Shown: positions 47,970 through 57,238, counted from the first letter of the stretch. The stretch is DNA of 64,000 nucleotides from Chitinophagaceae bacterium (GCA_036402175.1 DASWTK010000052.1:4146-68145); one strand, 5' to 3'. The notes: generated by a model not told the origin, from the letters alone. Program-made: numbers and translations.

Positions 47970-48200
47970 TTATCTGGTAATTTCAACAAATATAGCTTCA
48001 GCTTCGTTAACGCGCAAACTTAGATTATATCCGGCAACGGTAACCGAGATTGGATCACCCCAGGGAGCAAACTGATCTAAACGGATTGATTCACCGGGAA
48101 CACAACCCATTTCCATTAGTTTGAGTAGCAACTCGTTATCCTCTATGGAGTGTATTTTGCCTTTTGAGCCCGGAGAAAGTTCTGACAACTTCTTGATCAT
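47970..48200 (-). CDS. feoA: FeoA-family protein
   Basis: 76 aa with SH3-like FeoA pattern: LSELSPGSKGKI..I.......KLMEMGCVPGESI. Confidence 0.7.
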   Translation of the reverse strand: MIKKLSELSPGSKGKIHSIEDNELLLKLMEMGCVPGESIRLDQFAPWGDPISVTVAGYNLSLRVNEAEAIFVEITR

Positions 48201-48253
48201 AAATCAACAACAAATGTAGCTTTGGTTTTTGTAGCATCATTACGATTTCCGAA

Positions 48254-48700
48254 ATGAAAAGTAGCAAGCCTGTTATTCAATTCCATTTTCAAAGTGTTTG
48301 CGCGCTGCCCGAGAGACGCAGACTGAAGAACGCAATTATTGACATATTTGCCGACAACGGGGTTATTATCAATACATTAAACATAGTCTTTTGTTCAGAT
48401 GCGTTTCTTCTTGATATCAATAGAGAATACTTGAATCATGATTATTATACAGATATAATCACATTTAATTTGGCGGATACGGGAGCGCCGATTGATGGGG
48501 AAGTTTATATCAGTGTCGATAGAGTTAAGGAGAATGCCCGTACTGCTGGTGTTGTTTTTAACCACGAACTACACCGGGTGATTTTTCATGGGGTTCTTCA
48601 TTTATGTGGGTATGATGATAAAACGAAAGCGCAGAGGCTGGTAATGGTTGATAATGAAAATCAGTTGCTGGAGAGGTATTTTGTTTCACGTGAAACCTAA
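48254..48700 (+). CDS. ybeY: rRNA maturation endoribonuclease YbeY
   Basis: HRVIFHGVLHLCGYDD zinc-binding motif. Confidence 0.85.
   Translation: MKSSKPVIQFHFQSVCALPERRRLKNAIIDIFADNGVIINTLNIVFCSDAFLLDINREYLNHDYYTDIITFNLADTGAPIDGEVYISVDRVKENARTAGVVFNHELHRVIFHGVLHLCGYDDKTKAQRLVMVDNENQLLERYFVSRET
48683..48700. repeat. Left copy of the flanking direct repeat; contains the perfect 14-bp palindrome GTTTCACGTGAAAC over the last ybeY codons
   Basis: GTTTCACGTGAAACCTAA; 17 of 19 aligned positions are identical to 49640-49658. Confidence 0.6.
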
Positions 48701-48708
48701 CACGAATT

Positions 48709-48777
48709 GAGGATTGGGTTGGATTGGAGGAGGATATGGAGCACGGATTTAGGAAGGATTAAGGGATTTCACGGATG
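48709..48777 (+). repeat. GGA/GGAT-dense purine-rich tract
   Basis: 11 GGA triplets between 48711 and 48775 (starts at 48711, 48721, 48726, 48729, 48732, 48738, 48745, 48752, 48756, 48764, 48773); only a few C residues. Confidence 0.7.
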
Positions 48778-48888
48778 AGAGTGGTTGCATTGTTATCATA
48801 TTGAATAGGGTTGTTGGATCTGAATGGCGACTCTCAATAAGTTTTAGCATGGCTATATCATATCTATTCCTGGGCATCGTCTATGTCG

Positions 48889-49598
48889 ACAACAATTGAA
48901 AATTGCTCTTGTCTTAAGGGCATTGATTCGACACTATTAATTACACGACTGTTCCCATTGCCTGTTTGCGTGAAACCAGGCCTCGCCTGGATCTCAATCT
49001 CAACCCAAAATCGATATTATCTTACAGGCACTGACACTACAGTATTCGATACACGACTGTTGCCACTACGTGTTTGTAAGAAACCAGTATTCGCCTGGAT
49101 TTAAATGCCAACAGAAAACGGCTGTTGTCCTAAACGCATTGATGCGGTACTATTAATTACACGACTGTTGTCACTACGTGTTTTTGTGAAAACCAGACAC
49201 CGCTTGGATCTGCAACCCAACCGAAGGTCAGTCTTTTCTTGAAGGCCTTTGTGAAAACCAGACTCCACCTGGATAGACATCCCAACCGAAAGTCACTCTT
49301 CTCTTAAAGGCATTGATGAGACAGTATTCGGTACACGACTGTTGCTAAAGCTTGTTGTGAGGAACCAGACTTCGCTCGGATCAAAACCCTAACTGAAAAT
49401 CACACTTTTATTTAAAGGGATTGATGCGACACCATTAATTACTTGACGGTTCCGACTACGCGGTTGTATGAAACCAGGCTACGCTCGGATCTAAATACCA
49501 ATTGAAAATTACTGTTGTCTTAAAACCACTGATTCGACATTATCCAACACTGACTGCTGCCACCATTTCTTGTGCGAAACCAGATGTCAACTGGGGGG
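48889..49598. repeat. Tandem array of seven degenerate ~108-bp non-coding repeats (six full, one 65-bp short form)
   Basis: The anchor AACCAG recurs at 48974, 49082, 49191, 49256, 49363, 49472 and 49578 (periods 108, 109, 65, 107, 109, 106). A second anchor, TACACGACTGTT, is at 48942, 49050, 49158 and 49332. Each unit ends in CCAG-N6-9-CTGG/CTCGG plus GAT. Confidence 0.85.
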
Positions 49599-49639
49599 TA
49601 TTATCATTTCTGGTAATCTATTCCATTAAAAAAGCCACC

Positions 49640-49658
49640 GTTTCACGTGGAACACTAA
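49640..49658. repeat. Right copy of the flanking direct repeat
   Basis: GTTTCACGTGGAACACTAA, related to 48683-48700. Confidence 0.6.
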
Positions 49659-49691
49659 AATCCTTCACAATACGTTGCGGCCTGAAGAACT

Positions 49692-49699
49692 TACCTTTG
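49692..49699 (+). promoter_or_regulatory. -7 promoter box TACCTTTG for mnmG
   Basis: Exact TAnnTTTG, 7 nt upstream of the ATG at 49707. Confidence 0.4.
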
Positions 49700-49706
49700 C
49701 AAGTCT

Positions 49707-51575
49707 ATGTTCCCAAAGTATGATGTAATAGTTGTTGGTGCGGGCCATGCCGGCTGCGAAGCTGCGGCAGCTGCCGCAAATATGGGCAGCAAGGTGCTGC
49801 TCGTAACCATGAATATGCAGACCATTGCCCAAATGAGCTGTAATCCTGCTATGGGTGGCATTGCAAAAGGACAAATCGTGCGCGAAATCGATGCAATGGG
49901 AGGATATTCTGGGATTGTCACTGATAAAAGCATGATTCAATTCCGGATGCTGAACAGGTCAAAAGGCCCTGCTATGTGGAGTCCCCGTGCGCAAAACGAC
50001 CGGATGTTGTTTTCGCTTACATGGCGGCAAATGCTGGAAGAAACTCCGAATGTTGATTTCTACCAGGACATGGTAAAGGGAATTACCGTAAAAGATAATA
50101 GGGTTACCGGCGTAATTACCGGATTAGGACATGAAATTCAGGCTTCCTGTGTTGTATTGACCAATGGAACCTTCCTGAATGGCGTGATCCACATTGGAGA
50201 AAAGAACTTTGGAGGCGGAAGAATGGCTGAAAAATCCGCCACAGGGATCACGGAGCAGCTGGTTACCCTGGGGTTTGAGACCGACAGGCTGAAAACAGGC
50301 ACGCCACCGCGCATTGATGGGAGAAGTCTTAATTATTCAAAAATGGATGAACAGCCTGGCGACGACAGCATTGTAGGCTTTTCATATCTCGACGTGCCTA
50401 AGATCAGCCCTCAACAGCAAAGAAGTTGCTGGATAACGTATACAAGTCAAACTGTTCATGATATTCTTAAGACAGGGTTTGAAAGAAGTCCCATGTTCGC
50501 CGGACGAATTGAAGGAATAGGACCCCGGTACTGCCCGAGTATCGAAGATAAAATCAACCGGTTTGCAGAAAGAGAACGTCACCAGTTGTTTGTTGAACCC
50601 GAAGGCTGGAATACGGTAGAGATTTATGTCAATGGATTTTCAACCTCTCTGCCGGAGGATGTTCAGTACGCCGCTTTGAAGTCTGTACCTGGCTTTGAAA
50701 ATGTTCGAATGTTCAGGCCTGGGTACGCCATTGAGTACGACTATTTCCCGCCAACCCAGCTGAACCACTCGCTAGAGACAAAACTCATTGATAATCTGTT
50801 CTTTGCGGGTCAAATCAATGGTACAACCGGCTATGAAGAGGCCGCTTGTCAGGGATTAATGGCGGGTATCAACGCTCACCAGCGTGCCCGCAACCTGGAT
50901 CCTGTGATTCTTAAGAGGAGCGAAGCATATATTGGGGTTCTGATAGATGACCTGATCACCAAGGGCACGGAAGAACCTTACCGGATGTTTACCAGTCGAG
51001 CTGAATTCCGCACGCTTTTGCGCCAGGATAATGCCGATCTGCGGTTAACTGAAATGAGCTACCGGCTTGGCCTTGCATCCCAGGAACGTATGGAAAAGGT
51101 GATCACCAAAAGGGAGGGGGTAAAAAAAATAGCGGAGGTGCTGAAAGAATTCGCCATTGAGCCAGCTGAAATCAGCGTATATCTCGATCAGAAGAACTCT
51201 GCTGCGATGGCCCAAAAACAAAGGGCGGTTCAGTTACTCATGCGCCCTAACGTGGCGCTTCAGGAACTTATGGATCATATTCCAAGGCTTGCGGCTATGC
51301 TTGAGAATTTCACGTCCGATATCATTGAACAGGCAGAAATACAACTGAAATACGAAGTGTACATCGAAAAAGAGCGGGAACTTGTAAAGCGCATGACCCA
51401 ACTGGAAGAACTTGAAATACCGGAGAATTTCAATTACGATAAGATCAATTCACTTTCAAATGAAGCGCTGCAGAAATTCAAAAAGATAAAACCCCGAACG
51501 CTGGGACAGGCAAGTCGTATCAGCGGAGTTAATCCAAGCGATGTGCAGATCCTTATGGTGTATATGGGAAGATAG
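49707..51575 (+). CDS. mnmG: tRNA uridine 5-carboxymethylaminomethyl modification enzyme MnmG (GidA)
   Basis: YDVIVVGAGHAGCEAA FAD motif; GPRYCPSIEDK; length 622 aa. Confidence 0.95.
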   Translation: MFPKYDVIVVGAGHAGCEAAAAAANMGSKVLLVTMNMQTIAQMSCNPAMGGIAKGQIVREIDAMGGYSGIVTDKSMIQFRMLNRSKGPAMWSPRAQNDRMLFSLTWRQMLEETPNVDFYQDMVKGITVKDNRVTGVITGLGHEIQASCVVLTNGTFLNGVIHIGEKNFGGGRMAEKSATGITEQLVTLGFETDRLKTGTPPRIDGRSLNYSKMDEQPGDDSIVGFSYLDVPKISPQQQRSCWITYTSQTVHDILKTGFERSPMFAGRIEGIGPRYCPSIEDKINRFAERERHQLFVEPEGWNTVEIYVNGFSTSLPEDVQYAALKSVPGFENVRMFRPGYAIEYDYFPPTQLNHSLETKLIDNLFFAGQINGTTGYEEAACQGLMAGINAHQRARNLDPVILKRSEAYIGVLIDDLITKGTEEPYRMFTSRAEFRTLLRQDNADLRLTEMSYRLGLASQERMEKVITKREGVKKIAEVLKEFAIEPAEISVYLDQKNSAAMAQKQRAVQLLMRPNVALQELMDHIPRLAAMLENFTSDIIEQAEIQLKYEVYIEKERELVKRMTQLEELEIPENFNYDKINSLSNEALQKFKKIKPRTLGQASRISGVNPSDVQILMVYMGR

Positions 51576-51578
51576 GGA

Positions 51579-53075
51579 TCAGTTAATTGTCCAGCTTACA
51601 TTTCCATCCTTTTCATCTTTGAGCTGAACGCCGAGCGACAATAGTTCGTTCCTGATCTTATCAGAAGTCGCAAAATCCTTTTTCTGACGGGCTTCCTTAC
51701 GGATCTGAATCAGCAATTCTACTACTCCCTGCAATAGCCCATTATTGGACGCGCGTGATGGCTGCAAGCCCAGGATATCTATCAGATAAACCTTAAACTG
51801 CGTGCGCAGCAAATTAAACGTTTTTGTTGATAACGCATTGATTGACAAGTGTTTGTCTTTGAATGAGTTGATCACCGGCACCAGGTCAAACAAATTTGCC
51901 AGCACCTTTGCGGTATTGAAATCATCGTTCATGAACTCGTCCAGCTCAACGATCAGCTTATTTACTTTTTCGTTTAATGCCGGATCTGTTCCTTCGGCAT
52001 TTCCGCTTTCCGGTTCCAGTTTGCCAAGATTATCATATGCTTCCGACAACCGTTTCAGTCCGCGTTCGGCTGCCTGCAATGCCTCGTTACTGAAGTTGAG
52101 CGTACTGCTGTAATGTGTTTGTAAAATAAAAAAGCGAATGGTCATAGGGCTATATGCTTTTTCAAGCAATGGATGCTGGCCGGTGAACATCTCACTCAGC
52201 TTGATCACATTGTTATAGCTCTTGCCCATCTTTTTTCCATTAATGGTGATCATGTTGTTGTGCAGCCAGTATCGGGCCGGCGCATGACCATTGCAGATAG
52301 TGCTTTGTGCTATTTCACTTTCGTGATGTGGGAATTGAAGGTCCATTCCACCTCCATGAATATCGAAAACATCACCCAGGTATTTAAAACTCATGGCAGA
52401 GCACTCAATGTGCCAACCCGGGAAACCCGCGCCCCATGGGCTTTGCCAACGCATAATGTGTTCGGGCGGAGCCGATTTCCACAATGCGAAGTCCTGTTTA
52501 TTTCTTTTTTCGTGCTGTGCCTCAAGGTCACGTGTGGTTTCTAAAAGATCATCCAGCACACGACCGCTTAATTTACCGTATTGGTGATGCTCTGCGTATT
52601 TCTTTACGTCAAAATAAACAGAGCCATTCACTTCATAAGCATAGCCCTTTTCCATGATCACCTTGATCATTTCAATCTGCTCAACAATATGGCCGGTTGC
52701 AGTAGGTTCAATCGTAGGATCAAGGTTATTGAATTCGCGCATCGCCCAATGATAAAGGTTGGTGTATTTCTGCACCAGCTCCATGGGTTCAAGCTTCTCA
52801 AGCACCGCTTTTTTAGCAATCTTGTCCTCTGCTTCGCGGCCTTCTTCTTCAAAATGCCCCGCATCGGTGATGTTGCGCACATACCTCACTTTATAACCCA
52901 GGTGGGTCAGATAGCGGTATATAACATCAAATGTTATGTAAGGGCGCGCATGGCCAAGATGACTCTCTCCGCTGACGGTAGGACCGCACACATACATGCC
53001 TGCATGACCGGGTGTAATGGTCTTGAAAACTTCTTTTGTCCTTGTAAATGAATTATATACTTTAAGCTCGGCCAT
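51579..53075 (-). CDS. cysS: Cysteine--tRNA ligase
   Basis: HLGHARPY (HIGH) and KMGKSYNN (KMSKS) motifs; CGPTV near the N-terminus. Confidence 0.95.
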   Translation of the reverse strand: MAELKVYNSFTRTKEVFKTITPGHAGMYVCGPTVSGESHLGHARPYITFDVIYRYLTHLGYKVRYVRNITDAGHFEEEGREAEDKIAKKAVLEKLEPMELVQKYTNLYHWAMREFNNLDPTIEPTATGHIVEQIEMIKVIMEKGYAYEVNGSVYFDVKKYAEHHQYGKLSGRVLDDLLETTRDLEAQHEKRNKQDFALWKSAPPEHIMRWQSPWGAGFPGWHIECSAMSFKYLGDVFDIHGGGMDLQFPHHESEIAQSTICNGHAPARYWLHNNMITINGKKMGKSYNNVIKLSEMFTGQHPLLEKAYSPMTIRFFILQTHYSSTLNFSNEALQAAERGLKRLSEAYDNLGKLEPESGNAEGTDPALNEKVNKLIVELDEFMNDDFNTAKVLANLFDLVPVINSFKDKHLSINALSTKTFNLLRTQFKVYLIDILGLQPSRASNNGLLQGVVELLIQIRKEARQKKDFATSDKIRNELLSLGVQLKDEKDGNVSWTIN

Positions 53076-53102
53076 AGACGTGCAAAAATAGCTTATCTGG
53101 GT

Positions 53103-54233
53103 TCATTTTTTCAAAACCAGGTCGGCAATAACAGGATAATGATCAGAATAAGAAAGTTCAACTTTTTTACACTGAGTAACACGAAAGCGTTCATCGGCCA
53201 GAATGTAATCGATCCTTAATGTGGGAGAAATGCTTGCATAAGTGCGACCGATACCCGCGCCCCGGCGCAGAAATGCATCCTGCCGGTTGCCACGGATCTG
53301 AAAATAAGTATACGAGTTGGGGACATCGTTGAAGTCGCCGCAAAGTATGGCGGGATATGGACTGTTGTCAATTTCATTGCGAACACTTATTGCCTGTGAA
53401 CCGCGGATACCATAAGCCTGCCTGAGTTTTTTCACAATTGATTTTGAGGCTTCGAGCAGGCTGTCCTCAACTTTTTTTATTTTCTCCAGGTAATGATAAT
53501 CTTTTCGTCTGAACATGACCGATTGTAAGTGTGTTGTATAGATCCTGATGGTATCGCCATTCACATTCAGATCGGCAGAAATAAGACTTTCACTTGCCCT
53601 GTATTTTGAACCGTTGTACTGCAACCTTGCAGTATTCAGTATTGGAAATCTTGAAAATATGACAGGACCTACTCTGTACAGGTTATGCGATAATTTATAA
53701 TCGTCAACAAAATAATGGTAAGGATAATTCAGGGTTTGCTTTATGAAGTTGATGTTGGAATCGTATTGGGGACTGTTCGATTCAAAAAACTCCTGCAGGC
53801 AAAGTACATCCGCATCCTGCTGCTTAAGAAAATTTATGATAGGAATGCGTTGACTTTGCTGTTGCTGTCTTGGGCGATACATCTGATCAAAATAATGCAC
53901 ATTCCATGTCAGGATGCGAACGGACTGTTCCTGCTTGTCGGGTTTAAAACCTGCCCGGAAGTTCCACGCATAAAATGATGAAATGTTAGGCCAGCTGAGA
54001 ATCAACGTCACCAGCGAAAGAAATGCCCAGCGTGAACCGATCAGAATCCAGAAAATCAGGAAGCCGAAAACCAGCAGTATGAGTAACGGGAACAATAGCC
54101 CAAGCAATGCTACGATCCACCACTGACCTGGATGAAGAAAAGCGTTGGCGCAGGAAAGCATCAGGAAGGATGCTATTACAATATTCGTTATGATGAAAAA
54201 GCGCTTGGTGAGCCTCCTGAAAAAACTGCCCAT
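53103..54233 (-). CDS. Membrane-anchored endonuclease/exonuclease/phosphatase (EEP) family protein
   Basis: N-terminal TM helices; ILTWNVHYF, LCLQEF and SDHYPV motifs. Confidence 0.75.
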   Translation of the reverse strand: MGSFFRRLTKRFFIITNIVIASFLMLSCANAFLHPGQWWIVALLGLLFPLLILLVFGFLIFWILIGSRWAFLSLVTLILSWPNISSFYAWNFRAGFKPDKQEQSVRILTWNVHYFDQMYRPRQQQQSQRIPIINFLKQQDADVLCLQEFFESNSPQYDSNINFIKQTLNYPYHYFVDDYKLSHNLYRVGPVIFSRFPILNTARLQYNGSKYRASESLISADLNVNGDTIRIYTTHLQSVMFRRKDYHYLEKIKKVEDSLLEASKSIVKKLRQAYGIRGSQAISVRNEIDNSPYPAILCGDFNDVPNSYTYFQIRGNRQDAFLRRGAGIGRTYASISPTLRIDYILADERFRVTQCKKVELSYSDHYPVIADLVLKK

Positions 54234-54242
54234 TATTTGAAA

Positions 54243-55166
54243 TTACAAATTGTCGTCTTCTGATGCCCGCTTTAAAATTTCCTTTTCCTCATCTGTAAGG
54301 AAACGAAATCCTTTCTGATTGATCTTGTCGAGGATCTCGTCAATCCGTTTTTGGGTAACATTGGGCACTTTTCTGTAAGGACTTGTTTTACCAACTTTAT
54401 AGAAATGTTTTTGCCTGACCGGATTTATCTTCTTAGGCTTATCTGGATTGAATAATGTGGTGATCCAATCAAAAAATGTATTCATCCACAGGCTCCAGTC
54501 TCTTCCTCTCCGCATCTGGAAAATGAATAAAAATCCCATTGCTCCGCCAGCAATATGCGCCAGGTGACCGCCCGTGTTGCTTACTGGTATAGTGGCAAAA
54601 TCAATGATCACAAATATCAAAGTCAGTACCCATAGCGGTATGCCTCCGTTAAGCATCGGAAAGATCCTGTAATCGGGCGCAAGCATGGTGGTAGCAACGG
54701 CAATGGCCATAACTCCGGCCGATGCTCCCTGGAGGGTTGAAATATCTGCCACCGAAACAAGCTTCGGAACGAGGTTGTACGACAATACAAAGAATGCGGC
54801 GCCAGCAAGTCCGCCATAAAGGAATATCGGGACGATCTTGCCATTTCCTGCCAGGTCCTGCATGATAAATCCAAATGCCCAAAGCCAGAGGAGGTTCCCA
54901 AGGATATGAAAAACGCCATCGTGCATGAACATATAGGTCAAAAGCGTCCACGGACGTCCGGCCATCTTTGAAAAATCTGCGGGAAGAATGAACCAGTCGA
55001 AAATATGACTGTAGTAAGCGTCCTTATTCAGGTTTGCCAGGTAATAAATAACGAAGATCATTTTGAAGATCAGGAATACGGTAGCAATGGTTATGATGAG
55101 ATTAACCAGGTGATTGCCATCCTGACCCAGCATCATTTTTTTTCTGTATCGTTCCTCCAACGGCAA
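54243..55166 (-). CDS. Rhomboid-family intramembrane serine protease
   Basis: FMHDGVFHILGNLLWLWAFG, GASAGV and AHIAGG motifs. Confidence 0.75.
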   Translation of the reverse strand: MPLEERYRKKMMLGQDGNHLVNLIITIATVFLIFKMIFVIYYLANLNKDAYYSHIFDWFILPADFSKMAGRPWTLLTYMFMHDGVFHILGNLLWLWAFGFIMQDLAGNGKIVPIFLYGGLAGAAFFVLSYNLVPKLVSVADISTLQGASAGVMAIAVATTMLAPDYRIFPMLNGGIPLWVLTLIFVIIDFATIPVSNTGGHLAHIAGGAMGFLFIFQMRRGRDWSLWMNTFFDWITTLFNPDKPKKINPVRQKHFYKVGKTSPYRKVPNVTQKRIDEILDKINQKGFRFLTDEEKEILKRASEDDNL

Positions 55167-55259
55167 AGTCAGCTCCTTTAATTTAAATGATCACTAATCT
55201 GATAAAACGCAGACCCAGCGTGAATCGTATCTTAATTTACGTTAAGTCTGACTTTTAAT

Positions 55260-55964
55260 TTAATAAAATTTTCGCCTGTTTGTACGGTTCCAGTAAAGTA
55301 CCAGCAAAAAACCCACCAATGCGCCGCCGAGGTGCGCCCAATGGGCTACATTATCACCCGCACTGTTCTGTACGCCCATCCAAAGTTCAGCCCCGATCAG
55401 CAACAGCACCACCCATTTAGCCTTGAGCGGGAAGAGAAAATAAACGTAAATAAGGCTGTTTGGAAACAAATATCCAAATGCCGCGAGGCAACCGTAAACG
55501 GCGCCCGAGGCTCCAACCGTAGGAGTATTTATCCGAAAGTTTTCGGCGTATAAAAGCTCAAGTTGCTGGTCAAGCGGAAGCCTATGAAATATCTGCATCA
55601 CCGGCTCATTCTGAAAATAAAGCGTCAACAGATGAAGCCCTGCGGCTCCAAGCCCGCACACGATGTAAAAGAGGAGAAATCTTTTCGGTCCCCAGATATT
55701 TTCAAGCGTGCTGCCAAACATCCACAACACGAACATGTTCAGAAAAATATGCCCGAACCCACCATGCATGAATAAATGGGTTATCAATTGATGCGGCTTG
55801 AAGTAAACCGAATGAACATCGTGCAGCGCAAATGTGTGTTCAAGCCAGGGTGAACCCATTCGTTCAAACGTGAACTGTGCGAAAAACACCAATCCATTTA
55901 CGATTAGCAGGTTTTTTATGATCAGCGGAAGTATCTCAAACCGTGTCGGACGGAATTCAGACAT
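55260..55964 (-). CDS. Rhomboid-family intramembrane serine protease
   Basis: FMHGGFGHIFLNMFVLWMFG, GASGAVYG and AHLGGALVG motifs. Confidence 0.8.
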   Translation of the reverse strand: MSEFRPTRFEILPLIIKNLLIVNGLVFFAQFTFERMGSPWLEHTFALHDVHSVYFKPHQLITHLFMHGGFGHIFLNMFVLWMFGSTLENIWGPKRFLLFYIVCGLGAAGLHLLTLYFQNEPVMQIFHRLPLDQQLELLYAENFRINTPTVGASGAVYGCLAAFGYLFPNSLIYVYFLFPLKAKWVVLLLIGAELWMGVQNSAGDNVAHWAHLGGALVGFLLVLYWNRTNRRKFY

Positions 55965-56064
55965 CAGAGAAAAAGTTTGGGTAAAGATAGTTCACCAGTT
56001 AACTGAATGTCCACTCAAACCTCAAATCAAACTATTTTTACCTTTTCATTTTAAACATTGAACA

Positions 56065-57207
56065 TTGCAGATAAACTCAAAGCTTCCAAAGGTAGGCACT
56101 ACGATATTTACCGTAATGAGCGGACTGGCCGCCGAACACAAAGCTGTAAACCTTGGCCAGGGATTTCCCGACTTTCCAATGGACAGTGAACTGACCGCAA
56201 TGGTAAACGCGGCCATGGTCAATGGCTTCAATCAGTATGCACCCATGCCGGGCTGGATGCCATTAAGGGAAGCGCTGTCTGAAAAAGTAAAATTGCTTTA
56301 TGCAACCTCTGTTCAGCCCGATAGTGAGATCACCATTACACCCGGAGGCACCTACGCAATTTATACCGCGCTAACCACCATCCTGCAGCCCGGAGATGAG
56401 GTTATTGTGTTTGAGCCCGCATACGATAGTTATATACCAAACATTGAGATCAATGGCGCGAAGGCGGTTCGTATCAATCTGCTTTTTCCTGATTATAAGA
56501 TCGATTGGGAATTGGTTCGGCAGAGAATAAGCTCCCGCACAAAGGCAATTCTGATAAACTCTCCCCACAATCCAACTGGCAGTGTATTGGAAGCGGATGA
56601 TATTGAGCAACTGCGTTCAATTGTCAGGGACACCAATATTTTTATTGTTAGCGATGAGGTTTATGAACACCTGATCTTCGATGGACTTACCCATCACAGT
56701 ATGCTGCGATATCCCGACCTGCTGGAGCGAAGTTTTGTTTGTTTTTCATTTGGAAAAGTTTATCACTGCACGGGATGGAAACTTGGGTATTGCATTGCCC
56801 CGGCTGACCTTACAAAAGAGTTCAGGAAAGTACACCAGTTCAATTGTTTTACCTGTCATACACCTTCACAGGTAGGACTTGCGGGTTTTTTGAAAAATAC
56901 CGAAGCATACACCTCACTTGGAAAATTCATGCAGGCAAAACGCGACCATTTTATTGAATTGATGAAACAAACGAGGTTCGACCTTCTGAACAGCAGTGGC
57001 AGCTATTTTATTTGCGCTAAATACGATCGCATCAGTAATGAACCAGACAAGGAAATTGCGATCAGGCTCACAAAAGAATTGGGCGTGGCTACCATTCCCG
57101 TATCTGCGTTTTACCAGGATGGTAAAGATGATCATGTGCTGAGATTCTGTTTTGCCAAGAAGAACGAAACGCTGGAAGCTGCAGTAGAAAAACTGGCCAA
57201 AGTTTAA
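56065..57207 (+). CDS. PLP-dependent aminotransferase (methionine aminotransferase/YbdL-like)
   Basis: SKLPKVGTTIFTVMSGLA N-terminus, NSPHNPTG, SFGKVYHCTGWKLGY (PLP lysine); non-ATG start (TTG) per the ORF track. Confidence 0.8.
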   Translation: MQINSKLPKVGTTIFTVMSGLAAEHKAVNLGQGFPDFPMDSELTAMVNAAMVNGFNQYAPMPGWMPLREALSEKVKLLYATSVQPDSEITITPGGTYAIYTALTTILQPGDEVIVFEPAYDSYIPNIEINGAKAVRINLLFPDYKIDWELVRQRISSRTKAILINSPHNPTGSVLEADDIEQLRSIVRDTNIFIVSDEVYEHLIFDGLTHHSMLRYPDLLERSFVCFSFGKVYHCTGWKLGYCIAPADLTKEFRKVHQFNCFTCHTPSQVGLAGFLKNTEAYTSLGKFMQAKRDHFIELMKQTRFDLLNSSGSYFICAKYDRISNEPDKEIAIRLTKELGVATIPVSAFYQDGKDDHVLRFCFAKKNETLEAAVEKLAKV

Positions 57208-57238
57208 TCCCCTCTATTATTTCAAAGCGGTTACAATA

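Noticed and set aside
49540-49548. DnaA boxes inside the repeat units (TTATCCAAC in unit 7; TTAATTACA at the equivalent position of units 1 and 3)
   Set aside because: They have two to three mismatches to TTATCCACA and are not consistent between units. This is too weak to call iterated DnaA boxes, so it is mentioned only as a caveat.
48889-49598. Could the repeat array between ybeY and mnmG be a CRISPR array?
   Set aside because: The units are ~108 bp, contiguous and mutually degenerate. There are no unique spacers between short identical repeats, and there are no cas genes anywhere in the window.
48883-49723. Track ORFs 48883-49104 (73 aa) and 49502-49723 (73 aa) inside the repeat block
   Set aside because: The first simply reads two repeat units in frame (TRLFPLPVCVKPGLAWI / TRLLPLRVCKKPVFAWI) and is broken in the next unit, because the period changes to 109. 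The second runs across the mnmG promoter into mnmG. Neither has coding character.
54243-55964. Two adjacent rhomboid protease genes as a novel system
   Set aside because: Both have intact rhomboid motifs, and as far as I recall paired rhomboid genes are a common housekeeping arrangement in Bacteroidota. Nothing unusual is visible in the sequence.
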